Shown: positions 1-12,852 of the stretch, in pieces | Layout of the letters: each line of letters starts with the position of its first letter | Numbering within the stretch: position 1 is the stretch's first letter | From: Octopus vulgaris | Lineage: Eukaryota | Reading direction: 5' to 3' | Assembly: GCA_951406725.2 (NCBI GenBank) | Contig: OX597814.1 | Span: 178,064,001 to 178,128,000, forward strand | DNA length: 64,000 bases | The notes under the pieces: generated by a model | What the model was told of the DNA's origin: nothing | Seen by the model: only the letters and a program-made list of their open reading frames with translations | Databases searched by the model: none | Translations under genes and position numbers: made by a program

Positions 1-533
1 AAGTCAAGATCTATTTTGTTACTTTCAGTGGAGTCATTCTTTGAAATTTCTTTTATTACGCAGTACCGAATATTCACTTTCGTATAATAGTAAAGGTCAT
101 GCTGAATGCGTAATACAAACAAGGTTTGAAGACAGTGAATGTGTCCCAGTAACGTAGGGTAAAATTCAATATAGAACTCCGGAAAAAAATTCAATGTACA
201 ATTTAATTGTTTTCAGATGTGACTTTCTTTTTTCCCTCTACCAATGTCACGAGTACAAGAAAATTATTACAAACGATTTAAATGGTCATATCCAAAATTT
301 GTGGATTTCTCCAAATATTTTATGCATTCTACATTTGCTGGTAGAATACTTGAACTGTAGCCGAGTGGTCAAACTGAATTAAGTACCTCCTGGAAAAACC
401 ACATTAGACATTTAGTCACTCACAGAAACTGTTATATTTATTTTTCGGATATTATTTCAGCTGTCAATATTTTATGTTTTACTTCAACAACTCAGCATTT
501 CTCAATAATTATTCTCAGATACTTGATGGTAAT

Positions 534-547
534 CTATCTATCTATCT

Positions 548-582
<35 letters not shown>

Positions 583-586
583 CCTA

Positions 587-682
<96 letters not shown>

Positions 683-780
683 CATACATACATACATGCA
701 TTAATATATATACACACACACATATACACACATATATATATATATTTACATATATACATGCATATACACATATATATAGT
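534..780. repeat. compound microsatellite (TATC)/(CA)/(TA)/(CT)/(TACA)
   Basis: Directly visible simple repeats; they explain ORFs 474-810. Confidence 0.95.
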
Positions 781-1375
781 AGCTAAAAATGTACTAGCCG
801 GATTTGACATGCACCAAAATCATTTCATACCCACATAGACAATGTCAAAGGCAAAGCACATATTATCCAAACACCACCACCATATATATATCAGCTTACG
901 CACACTCTGATAGATTTCCAAATTCCAAACTCTGCGATGCTTATTAATGGTTTCTTTGTTTAGTCACCAAAATCCTCCAGTGATAGAGAAGTTAAACACT
1001 ACATTGCACTTATTAAATCTATACTACACTTTATTACGGATAGAACGGTGTTGCATTTTTCTGTCGCTTTACAATGTGATACTATGAAATATGAAATCAA
1101 TTAACATGCATGATTACCGCATTGCAAATTTTGGGAACTAGGTAATCTGTCCGATACGTGCATAAGCTGATTAAATTGTATTATCCTCCATTCTTTTAGG
1201 TTTTTCCCTTATACTATGTAACCGTAGACTAAATTTATTCGGTGTTTGAACTTTAAGTTTACAAATTGGGTAGGTGGTGAAATGTAAGTACGTGGCTTTT
1301 ACTGGGCAATTTAATTCCCCAAGTTTGATTCTTATAGAGTGATTTGCCTGGATTTGTAATGCCACTTTTCCTTTA

Positions 1376-1379
<4 letters not shown>

Positions 1380-1451
<72 letters not shown>
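1380..1451. repeat. (CA)n followed by (TA)n microsatellite
   Basis: About 30 CA units, then TA. Confidence 0.95.
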
Positions 1452-1452
<1 letters not shown>

Positions 1453-2179
1453 TATCCTTTAACATCACAAGCTGAAATTCCTTTAGATTTCCTAGATTAA
1501 TTTTTGAAAGTCAAGCATAGATATGTTCGTAATTAAATGACACAGAATCACGGGATTGGAATTATAGTTAATTATGCAAATTATTTTATTACAAATCCTA
1601 CTTTAAATAACATTAACTATTGTATATTCATAAACAATTTCGGATAGGAAAATGACAAAGACACTTTTAACTAGTTAGAGCATTTCCATTATTCATAACA
1701 CACATAGATTTGAATTTTAAAATATATTGCTTCAAAATAAGGTTTCATATGAGGGTGGTATGGACACGATAGAGAGATATGAGAAATGAAACTTGAATCT
1801 AATGCTGTAGTAATAATTTTTAAACCAGTATGGATTGAGCTGAGGTCAACTATGTGCAATGCTTTAGAAAGATTTAGTCGATTATATCGAAGTTAGTGCT
1901 TTTTCCTGTTGTGATTTTTTCCTCTTCGTAAAGGATAAAAGAAAAAATCAAACACTGTCCTAAACCAAATTAACACGTAAGAAGCGAAATACAAACAGAT
2001 TTAGATCATGACGGATCCTGGCTAGCATAGTATTCTAAAATCAGAAGGAAAACAGCAAGAATCCGATCGATATATATGAGAGCACTACACAACTCCAAGG
2101 TAAGATCTGTTAAGCCTAAAATAATCCCCGCGGAGTGAATAATAAAATATTAATTTATACGAGAAAAGAAGTTAAATGG

Positions 2180-2305
2180 ATATTACAACTGTTTCAATAA
2201 GCGGACGATACTTTTTATTCCATATCTCATGTAATGTTACGTAACATATTTCATGATATATGGAAATATGAACAATTTCTATAGTGCATTCACTTCCTCA
2301 GGTGT
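2180..2305 (-). ncRNA. Penelope-type type I hammerhead motif with long stem II, degenerate stem I
   Basis: Minus strand reads acac-CUGAGGA-agtga...(hairpin centred on palindrome ATGTTACGTAACAT 2234-2247)...ttatt-GAAAC-AGUU-GUA-atat. Confidence 0.6.
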
Positions 2306-3154
2306 CATGATTCGAAGGTGCCATCGACCAAATGAATGCTTGAAGACGATTTTCTTCGGGCGTGTCAGAATATGTAAATAGCCTGAACACTTATAGCTTT
2401 CACTTGATATTTCCTGCAATTTCTAAGACAACACATCTTAAAAGGCTTACAAATAAGTTATATAAAGTCGGTTGGAATTTATCTTATAGATAAAACGATT
2501 AACTGTTGAAAGACCGTCAGCAATTTAATGACTTTTGTGGCGACAATATCAGTAAGATAAGAATCGCAAAGAAAGTCTAAGTTTTTAATTCAGGTCTCCC
2601 CATTTCCCCTCCAGTTCAATCAAAACCACGAACTCATCGACATACAAAAATATACACGCTAACATGAATACATAAACATACTCACATTCACAAAACTGCA
2701 ATTCTAAGATGACAGCACACATACAATATTATACTTATGGAGACGCATACACAGATATATATATATATACACATACACACAAACAACGTAACTAGTTCTA
2801 AAATCTATAAAAGAGATGCAAGTAGTAACACTACTGAAAAGTAATGTCTGTTGCTACTTCACCATGGCCGTTCCGTACGGAACAACGTTACTACTCTTGT
2901 TTTTTACACGCCTAAACACAGATATAATAAACACATTGAAAAATATGGAACGTCATTACTGTCAGATATCTAAGATACAATATCAATATCACTCCACACT
3001 TTTCATCACAAAGCCGTCTTTCTTGACACATTTAAATACGTTCTCAGTCTCATATGTACACACACTGGCACATAGGCACATACACACACATGCACGCACA
3101 CATACACACACACACAGGCACATAGGCACACACACACACACACACACATACACA

Positions 3155-3193
<39 letters not shown>

Positions 3194-3462
3194 TCGAACA
3201 TAGAAACATATACACTCACACACACACAATTACTCATATATTTTCATATACAATTACGCATACACATGCATTTATACTGAATTCAGTAAATATAAAGGTG
3301 GTATGTGTTAATGCCGGCAAAAATTCGTATACATTTACGAACACATAGATCTAGAGAGGGAATCATACAATACATTAAGTAGTTTAAACCACTTTGTTAC
3401 ATATACAATATCTCGTTCCAAGACTACATAAACACGTACGTAAACGCACATGCAAATAACTG

Positions 3463-3463
<1 letters not shown>

Positions 3464-3506
<43 letters not shown>

Positions 3507-3564
3507 CCTATCTATCAATCAAGCTGCCTGTCTGTCTCTCTATCTATCTATCTATCTATCTATC
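3464..3564. repeat. (TATC)n microsatellite
   Basis: Directly visible. Confidence 0.95.
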
Positions 3565-5394
3565 ATTTCTGCTATTATGTCTCCTATATTTCCCCTATGG
3601 ATCCAGCGAATAATATATATCTCTGTTTACTAAACTATTACTCAAACTAGGCCGTATGTATCATATAATGAAAAAGATAAAATAAAGTTGAAATTTTGTT
3701 ACTAACAGTTAGTGATAGGTATTCAGCCGATCCAACCATTTGATATAAAGCATAGAATCTACCTATAAGTATACGTCTTAAAAGATAAAAATTAAAAATT
3801 AATATTTCAAATAGAAAGTAAGATTTTGAATAGAATATATATTAAAGTGAAATCAAAAAGTATACTAATAAAGGCAATATTTAAAAATATAGATTACAGA
3901 GTAATGTAAAGGGTGAATATATAATATCGTAAATAAAGAGAGAACTAAAAGATAATTACAAATTATAAAGACATCATAAACGATAAAAAAAAATATCGAC
4001 ACGCACACCCTATCGGCTATACAATGTAAATTGAATATAACTGTAACGTTACATCTTAGAATATAAAAAGTAAAGTTATTAATAGAAGATACATAAAATA
4101 AAATTAAGCAATATGAATAGAAGGTATGATATATAATACAAAACTAGGTAAAAGTGAGTGAAATAAATATATCATAAATTCTGTGATACCATGAATAAGG
4201 AGAAAAGTATGACAACTAAGCAATATCATATTGAAGGAAAATCAGAGCCGTTCGTCTGGGATTGAGTAAAAGATATTTAAGAAATCTGCAATGTAAAGGG
4301 AATCCATAAAGGATATAAGACTAATTTATGGGTATAAAGTAAAATATAAAGTATAGTAGAGAAATTCTGATACGAAGATAACACAGTTTAAGTTTCCATC
4401 AGTGATTCTTAATCAAAGATTATGACCTAAGATGTAAGCGTAGTTAATTTGTATTTCAAGAAAAGTCCTCCTAATGAGATGCGAGTACCTCACGATAATC
4501 TGGAATTTATTTATCAGGATGTTTTTGTATGTCGCTATAGCAGAGTCCATGGTATTTTTCGCCGTTGGTGAAAGATGTAGCGCATCTGACAAAAGACTAG
4601 GAGTTTGAGTGGATTTTGTGTTGCTGGTTAATCTCTCATATAAGCTTGGATAATGAAGTGAAATTAGATATTTCATTCTTAAAAGAATACATAGGATTTC
4701 AGGGTCGTGCTTTAAGGTATCTGAAGTTGAGAGACGTATGCGAGATTTTACTGACACCTTCATCCACTGAGAAAGATATACACCCGGAATGCAAAGATAG
4801 AACGGAAATATTCTTAACACTTTGTCTACGGTTGCAAATATTCTACCATCCTATCGAACACACCTACGTACGTACGTATCTACCTATTTACCTACCTACA
4901 TAACTACATACACCCATATATAAATACATAATATATACACAAACATATATATATACATTCATACATACATTCTTACATACACGAGTGTCTTCATCAGGGT
5001 TTCCAGTGACCAAGTCATCATTACAAAATATCTCGAGATTACGGTAGAATATGTGTGTGTGTGTGAGTGTATCAGCGTTGAATAAAGCATATGCATGTAC
5101 AATCATGTTTAAAATCTTTGGTTCATTGTAAAATCCTGTAAATTATGTTCTGAAAATCCGACATCTTCGTAATGATTGTCATGGAGATGTATTATTTGTT
5201 CTTTATTTTACTGGACAAATATTTATTTTCTAACTGAAAGCATTAATGAAAGTAAATGAATATTAATTTTTAAAGAAACTTAAAATTGATATCATGAAAA
5301 GTGATGTGGATGGTTATTATATTTAAAAAGTTATTGCATAATTTTGATTTTATTATTGATTATGCAATTTGTTTATACTCATTTCAAGGCATGG

Positions 5395-5590
5395 TTGTCA
5401 TCATCATTTAACGTATATTTTCCATGTTGGCATAGGTTCGACAGGTTGACAAGAACTGGCAGAAGATTATACCATGCTTCAACGTCTGCATCGGCATAGT
5501 TTTTTTTATGACTGGATGCCCTTCCTAATGCCAGCCAGATTACAGAGTGCACTGTGTGCTTTTTATGTGGCACAGGCAAGGTGCCATTCT
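5395..5590 (-). mobile_element. SINE 3' fragment with V-domain-like motif
   Basis: Minus strand TGGCATTAGGAAGGGCATCCAGTC resembles the V-SINE motif AGGAAGGGCATCC; ends in an (ATG)n-like tail. Confidence 0.6.
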
Positions 5591-6634
5591 TTCTTGAGCT
5601 AGATACGCCTCGAACCACTCTATAGAGATTACTGGCAGTATTTCCAATGCTTATAACGTGATATTAGGTTCATTGTGTGGGATAAGATTAATGTATACTA
5701 TAAGGATAAAAGTAGAGAATAATAACGAGATATAGCTATCCCAGTTGGGAGACAAAGGAGAGAGAAAACTGAGGTTTATGTAGCTAACGTGTTTGAGTAT
5801 TTTATAGTTCAAAAGACTATAATAATCTGTACTTTCAAACTTCAAATTCACTACACACTTTTTAAATTATTGTTTTTTTTTAGTTTCGAAATTTTGTAAT
5901 TTGTGTTTAAATGGTGTCAAGCGATGTGACAATAAATACTGTATCCTGCTGTGTTCTTCAAGGCTCTGCGTTGTGTTCTCGAGAAAAAAAAAACACTTCA
6001 TTTCATGTTTTTCCAGTCAAGGCAGTTGTAAATATGTAAAACTACACCGGGCCCGGTGTCCCGGTTGGAATCTTGTGATATCAATCAGTTATACTTCGTG
6101 GAAACAGGGTAGGACTATTTATGACAGTACTTATGTTGGCTTAAAATCTTGTGCAATACTAATTCATTATCAAATGTTGAAATATTTCGTAATACATCTC
6201 ACTCATGTCACCAGTTATTGAGATACAATGGATAAAAGTATGAATTATTAGGAAATAGTTAAATGATAAAATGACAATATATACACTATATAAAATTGAA
6301 TATATACAAATTCGTATACCTTAAATTGAGAATGAAACGTATCTGTGTGAGTACGTGCATGCGTGTGTATGTGTGTGTTTTGTCTGTGTACATTAGGCCG
6401 GCTGTTCACGCCAAGAGATAGACAGAAACAATACACAGATATGTACAGTCAACCAAAGGGCTGATTGAACGAAACTGTCGTTCGGAAATTTAATTGCTGT
6501 TTACCATACACATGAATAAACATATATCAGGCTTACACAATCCTTAACACAAGTACTTTTGTGTTTTTGTGCAACAAAGTAAACAAATATATATACGGTT
6601 GTCTATGTATTTGTGAGCAAATGTGTTTTAGTAA

Positions 6635-6699
<65 letters not shown>

Positions 6700-6844
6700 C
6701 CTAAAGCACTAAATGTTAGCGTGTTGAAACAATGTTAAGCTACATTGATTTATCACAATTGTACATAGTGTTTAGAATGGTATCGCTTCATATATGTGTA
6801 TATACACACGCACAAACACACACACGTATACATACATATATATG

Positions 6845-6899
<55 letters not shown>

Positions 6900-7366
6900 C
6901 ATCTAAGTACAAATAAAGCAGTATAATTAAACATTTCAAATCAACAAAAGAAAGTCAATATATAGAACCACGATTGAGAAAATAATCGAATTGGTCATGA
7001 AATGATAGGTTGCAAAGAATAGAAGAGGAAAAATAAACTCAACTAAGAAGCAATAAAGCGGAATCACTCTCTTAATTGCACTGTCGATATTTCGTTGTAA
7101 GGAAGGGAGCTATAAGCGCGCGCGAACACACACACATGTACACAGACACGCACACAAACACCCATATATGTATATATACACAGATATATATATATATATG
7201 TATGTGTATGCAGCTATGTATATGTGTATATGTACGTTCATATGTGTGTACAAATACGCGTATATATAGATGTTTGTGTGTGTGTGTGAGTGTGTATGTA
7301 TTTTAGACATGTATTTCTTCTTTAGTACTTTATTATCTAAGTCAATCACGAACACCATTACATATA

Positions 7367-8130
7367 CGAAGTTTGATCAATAAGTATCCGGACTAGTGCT
7401 ATAAAAGCAAAACTCCAGCACGTATCAATCTGGTATTTAATATCCTTCAAAGTACTCCTCTTTGCATTCACTTTGATTTCTTCGACGTCTTGAAATCTTC
7501 CTTTCAAGCGGGATTAGATTTTTGAAAAGAGGCAAAAAGAGCAAGTGGCGAGATCTGAGGAATACGCTGGCTGTCGGACCTGGAGAATGCTGTGCCTAGC
7601 CAAAACCTGTTGCAGAAGCTGCGCTGAATTGGCAGGTGCGTCGTGTTAGCTGAAGCAGTTTTGGCACAAACTTGGCAGACACGCGTCTCATATCCAAATC
7701 TTCAGCGATAATGGACTGAACTGAACCGTAACTTACCTGCATGTCCTCTGATAACTCATGCATGGCAATTCGACGATTTCCCCTCACAGCTACACGTGCG
7801 TCAAAGATGGCTTTTAACAGTCCTATTGGTTGCGGGTCTCTCAAAACATTCGTCACTATCGACATTTATTCAGCTAATACATTCCTCTACATACACTTTC
7901 TCCAACTTTGCGTAGGCCTCTAAGCAAGTATTACCAAGATTTTGGCAACATTTGATGCAGATTCATGGTCAATGCGACGATCACACGCTACACACGTTCC
8001 TTTCAAGCACTGCTGTAAACATCGGAATTAAGCTAGAACTTTAAAACTTACTGTGCATGCACAACAGCGTTCAAGGTCTTTCTGTGCTAAGCGACTTTAC
8101 TCTATGTGCTGTATCTTCGTTACTATGACA
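7367..8130 (-). mobile_element. internally deleted mariner transposon (transposase pseudogene)
   Basis: TA + TIR-like CGAAGTTTGATCAATAAGTATCCGGACT at 7367. Minus-strand peptides SYGSVQSIIAEDLDMRRVSAKFVPKLL (HTH and WVP linker) and QPAYSSDLATCSFCLFSK..RLKGRFQDVEEIK (YSPDLAP motif). Catalytic middle and second TIR are missing. Confidence 0.88.
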
Positions 8131-10288
8131 ATATGTGTATGATACATACATACAAACACATACACGTACATCTATGTTTATTTATTTAGAAATGCATATA
8201 TGTTTTCAAGTATGTATGTGTGAATGTTTTTGGGGTGTCTAAATACAGTAATATATGTATATATACACACACACCATACACACAAGAAAATACATATACA
8301 CATGATCAAGTATATTATGTAGTTGATATCAATGGTTAAATAATGCTGATATGTTATTCTTGTATACTTCATTGCTAAACACATATTACTAAAATGTTAA
8401 TAATACTTCGTTATCATTCCCGGGTTCTCTCCGGTGAAAGCGTGCAATATTTACCTAAATAAATCTTGTGCCATTTATGCAGCCAGTCGTTTTGTTACCT
8501 TTTATAGAAAATCTTATGCATTTCTCTTTAGTGAAGGAAAACAAATAAGATCTATGTTTTATAATGATAAAAGGCGTTTGCCTACCCGTCCAAATAGTGT
8601 AACGTAAAAACATGTAATAATATATTCGCTTAAATTTTTTAATTTAATTAATATTCGAATTTCTAATCAAATAATTTTACACAAAAGATAATCGAAATTT
8701 TATATCGGCATTAATTATTTTAATATATTGGCAACAATATATTTAACACAAGAAAAATCAATGTGTTAATGAGTGCAGGATAAGGATGATATAGAGTAAG
8801 AGAGAAATGGAGAAGAGAGGGGGGATAGAGAGAGAGTAAGAGGCATAGAGAGAGTATGTTCACGTGGGTGCATGTGCGCATAGTTGAAAAGTACAGAATT
8901 TTAAGCAAAGACAAATAAGCGAAATACCGTTTGTACAGTTAACAGTTTGTCGATGTGTTGTATATATGGGAGTTCTATCAAAATGTCTAACGCTAATGCC
9001 AGTAAAGATTATTGAGTTCCCCCATAGTAAGGAGGGGAAAAAAACGTTTTGCTCAATGATTAATCCTGGTGAAGAAAGCCAAAGGAGATAACTCGCAAAT
9101 TTGAATTAATTCAAATTAATGCAAACTAGTTTGGGAGCAATTCATTGTGGTATGAGTTTTCTGTTTGGTAAATATGGTGACAAGTCGGAAGAAGTTTGCC
9201 TTTATTAAACCTATTCTGTGAAGCAAAGTATCCACTTTCACTCGACACTTCGACTGAAAACTATTGAAATAACCGCATTATGATTTTTTCAAAGAAAAAG
9301 CCTGTAGAAAATTACCTCTCTGTATATAAAACATTTCATATTTAAATAATTATGCGTTATTTGCAATCCGGTGTTCTCGCCCCTACTTTGATTACCACTT
9401 TTATTATTTTCACAACTCTACGGATATAATTATAATTAAAAAATGTTTTTCTTCACTACATTAAAATATGTGACCGTCGACTTAACTACTTGCTTTCGTC
9501 TGTCAGCATTTTCTTTCTTTGCTATACTATTTATAAATTCATGTCTTATTAACATGATCATAAATTTCACGGTATACTTCTATAAAAAGGCATTGACAAT
9601 ATACTCAAAGCCCCTAAGTTTTGCTTATAAACAGCGGTCACCTGCCAAAATAACTACTTTAAATTGTTTGAGCTCGGCCTTTCCCTCATTATAAAAACAA
9701 GTTTTAAACAACACTGTAAAACTTCAAAACGCTTTTAACTGCACATATAACATCCATTAAAAAACGCTTATTCCATCCAAACTTGTCATTAATTTGAAGC
9801 TTTTAAACTAAACAGGTTCTAAAAATTGTATCAACAACCAGGAAAAATCATTAATATCCCTATTAAAAATGAATGGTTGATCTAAACATACGTAATTCAT
9901 ACATTATCCAGAATAACTACAAAGTAAAAGTTTTTAGTCAAAACAAGTGTATAAATATCGAACTTCATAGCAGCGATATTGGTCATTGGTGGTAACATAA
10001 AAGTAAAGATAAAAAACTCCGCGAAGGTGCTGTAATAAATCGGCAACTACAGTTGAATACTAATTTTCAGGGTTTCTTAGAATTTTATATAAAATATTCT
10101 GGAGAAGTTTTCCAGAAAGCTTTGACATTAGTTAAATCATTTACTAGCTTAATGTTGAAAGTAAGGAAGATACACCTCTTTTCTAGTGTTTCTTATGGGC
10201 TAAAAAGTAAATCGGTGAACGTACCCACGTGCTATCATAAAACTGCGAAATTATTGGACTCGTACAGTTTAGATAATCTTAAAAATAA

Positions 10289-10518
10289 GGCGGCGAGCTG
10301 GCAGAATCGTTAGCACGCTGGGCGAAATGCTTAGCAGTATTTCGTCTGCCGCTACGTTCTGAGTTCAAATTCCGCCGAGGTCGACTTCGCCTTTCATCCA
10401 TTCGGGGTCGATAAATTAAGTACCAGTTACGCACTGGGGTCGATATAATCGACTTAATCTGTTTGTCTGTCCTTGTTTGTCCTCTCTGTGTTTAGCCCCT
10501 TGTGGGTAGTAAAGAAAC
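10289..10518 (+). mobile_element. tRNA-derived SINE, family A, full length
   Basis: Head GGCGGCGAGCTGGCAGAA, B-box GAGTTCAAATTCC, core GCCTTTCATCC.TTCGGGGTCGATAAATTAAGTACCAG. Probable TSD AGATAAT(C/T)TTAAAA at 10271-10284 and 10519-10532. Near-identical copy at 12446. Confidence 0.9.
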
Positions 10519-11033
10519 AGATAATTTTAAAACAGCAACTGGTTCTCTCAGCATACTATTTTTCGGTGTGTCCGGTTGTTAGATTGTCTGTATGCGAAGT
10601 GAAATATATAAATGGCTCATTTTTGAAACAGCAACTCCAGATTCCGAAAATTTGACCCATGACTATACCGCAAATAACACACATTAATGAAACCATTGCA
10701 AATTTATAGAAAACGAACTCACAATGATGTTTTAATGCAGGTATTTGGATAAATATTTGAATAACAATGCAAACACTTTTAAGGTAATATGGTACAAAAT
10801 AGTCTGCAACATCAAACGAACAGATAGTCTTTTTATTAGTATAACACACATTTTAGTGTATATTACTTATTTAAAAACATTTAGCAATAACTTTCCACAT
10901 CAATCCAACAAAACAGTCTCTATTTTGTCCTTCGATCACTTATTAAAGGATATATATATAAACATACAAGCTTTTATACATACGTACATAATACATACAT
11001 ACTTACATTCATTAATACATGTTCATATAGATA

Positions 11034-11215
11034 TCTTTTACTTCATTCAGTGATTGGAAAGCGGCCATGCTGTGGCACTACCCTGAATGTTTATTAGAAT
11101 GAATCAAACCTAGTACCTATTTTTTTCAAACGTGTTAATCATTCTGTCGGTTTATTTTGCCTAACCACTGAATTGCTAAGTTGCGGCGACAGAAATACAA
11201 TCACAGACACACAAA
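11034..11215 (-). mobile_element. SINE family B, degenerate 3' half
   Basis: Reverse complement aligns to 11480-11666 (cagcatggccgc, ttaggcaaaa..accgacagaat). Confidence 0.7.
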
Positions 11216-11269
11216 TATATGCATGTATGTATGTGTGAAACTGAAACAATTTACAGAATTTAAAGCATA

Positions 11270-11666
11270 GGCGCAGGAATGGCTGTGTGGTAAGTAGCTT
11301 GTTTACCAACCACATGGTTCCGGGTTCAGCCCCACTGCGTGGCACCTTGTAGTGTCTTCTACTATAACCTCGGGCCGACCAAAGCCTTGTGAGTGGATTT
11401 GGTAGACGGAAACTGAAAGAAGCCCGTCGTATATATGTATATATATATATGTGTGTGTGTGTTTGTGTGTCTGTGTTTCTCCCCCTAGCATTGCTTGACA
11501 ACCGATGCTGGTGTGTTTATGACCCCGTTACTTAGCGGTTCGGCAAAAAGAGACTGATAGAATAAGTACTGGGCTTACAAGAAAATAAGTCCCGGGGTCG
11601 AGCTGCTCGATTAAAGGCAGTGCTCCAGCATGGCCGCAGTAAAATGACTGAAACAAGTAAAAGAAT
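11270..11666 (+). mobile_element. tRNA-derived SINE, family B, full length, with internal (TA)n(TG)n
   Basis: A-box-like TGGCTGTGTGGTAAG, B-box GGTTCAGCCCC, CORE-like GGCACCTTG..GTGTCTT, internal microsatellite, 3' end AATGACTGAAACAAGTAAAAGA. Many copies in the window. Confidence 0.9.
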
Positions 11667-12193
11667 ATATATATATATAGGTGAGTAATCATGTGCCTAT
11701 TTAAGTGTGTGAGCATATATGTGTGTATGGGTGTGTGTGTATGTGTATTTAAGTGAATAGAATGTACAAGGGTGAGGCATTAGTTGCATATCTTGACACA
11801 GATATTTTTATATACAATGTACAAAATGTACAACATTTGAACATGATCCTACACCATTGTGGATCATAAAAATATAAATGTTAGTGACATGCAGATAAGA
11901 AAATGATATATGAAAAAATGAGTTATTTTCAAACGATGTGTGTCTGTAAGGCTAACACAGGAATTCTGCTTGCATATATTACAAGAGAAGGGAAGTATTG
12001 GAAGTTCCATAATCAGAGAAAATCTGAGGGATAAGTGTCAGGATAAAATCCATTCGGCAAACTTCTGGAAGAGATATAAGTAGAGCTTTTATAGTAGATG
12101 GTACAGGGCAACTTCTACAACTCTGAATGAGCAGAATTTCCTTTGACTGTTGATTAGCAGCCTTCACTATGTGATCTCATACTTTCTCTATTA

Positions 12194-12406
12194 CTCTTTT
12201 ACTTGTTTCAGTCATTTGACTGGGACCGTGCCAGAGCACCACTTTTGGTCGGGCAAATCGACCCCAGGACTTATTCTTTGTAAGCTTAGTTTTTATTCTA
12301 TCGGTATCTTTTGCCGAACCGCTATGTTACGATGTAGTAAACACACCAGCATCGTTTGTCAAGCGATGCTGGAGGGACAAACACAAACGCACAAACATAC
12401 ACACAT

Positions 12407-12447
<41 letters not shown>

Positions 12448-12671
12448 CGGTGAGCTGGCAGAAACGTTAGCACGCCGGGCGAAATGCGTAGCCGTATTTC
12501 GTCCGCCGTTACGTTCTGAGTTCAAATTCCGCCGAGGTTGACTTTGCCTTTCATCCTTTCGGGGTCGATAAATAAAGTACCAGTTACGCACTGGGGTTGA
12601 TGTAATCGGCTTGTTCCATTTGTATGTCCTTGTTTGACCCCTCTATGTTTAGCCCTTTGTGGGCAGTAAAG

Positions 12672-12719
<48 letters not shown>

Positions 12720-12852
12720 GACGTGCTTCTTTCAGTTTCCGTCTACCAAATCCACTCACAAAGCTTTGGTCGACCCGAGGCTATAGTAGAATACAGTTGC
12801 CCAAGATGCCACGAAGTGGGACTGAACCCGAAACCATGTGGTTGGTAAACAA
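12194..12852 (-). mobile_element. SINE family B interrupted by a family A copy
   Basis: 12194-12400 and 12718-12852 are the reverse complement of the 3' and 5' halves of the 11270 copy. Confidence 0.88.
12446..12674 (+). mobile_element. SINE family A nested in the (TA)n of a family B SINE
   Basis: Highly similar to 10289-10518; (TA)n on both sides. Confidence 0.9.

Noticed and set aside
11765-12180. Further Tc1-like remnant starting TACAAGGGTG
   Set aside because: Only a TIR-like start; no convincing transposase motif or second TIR.
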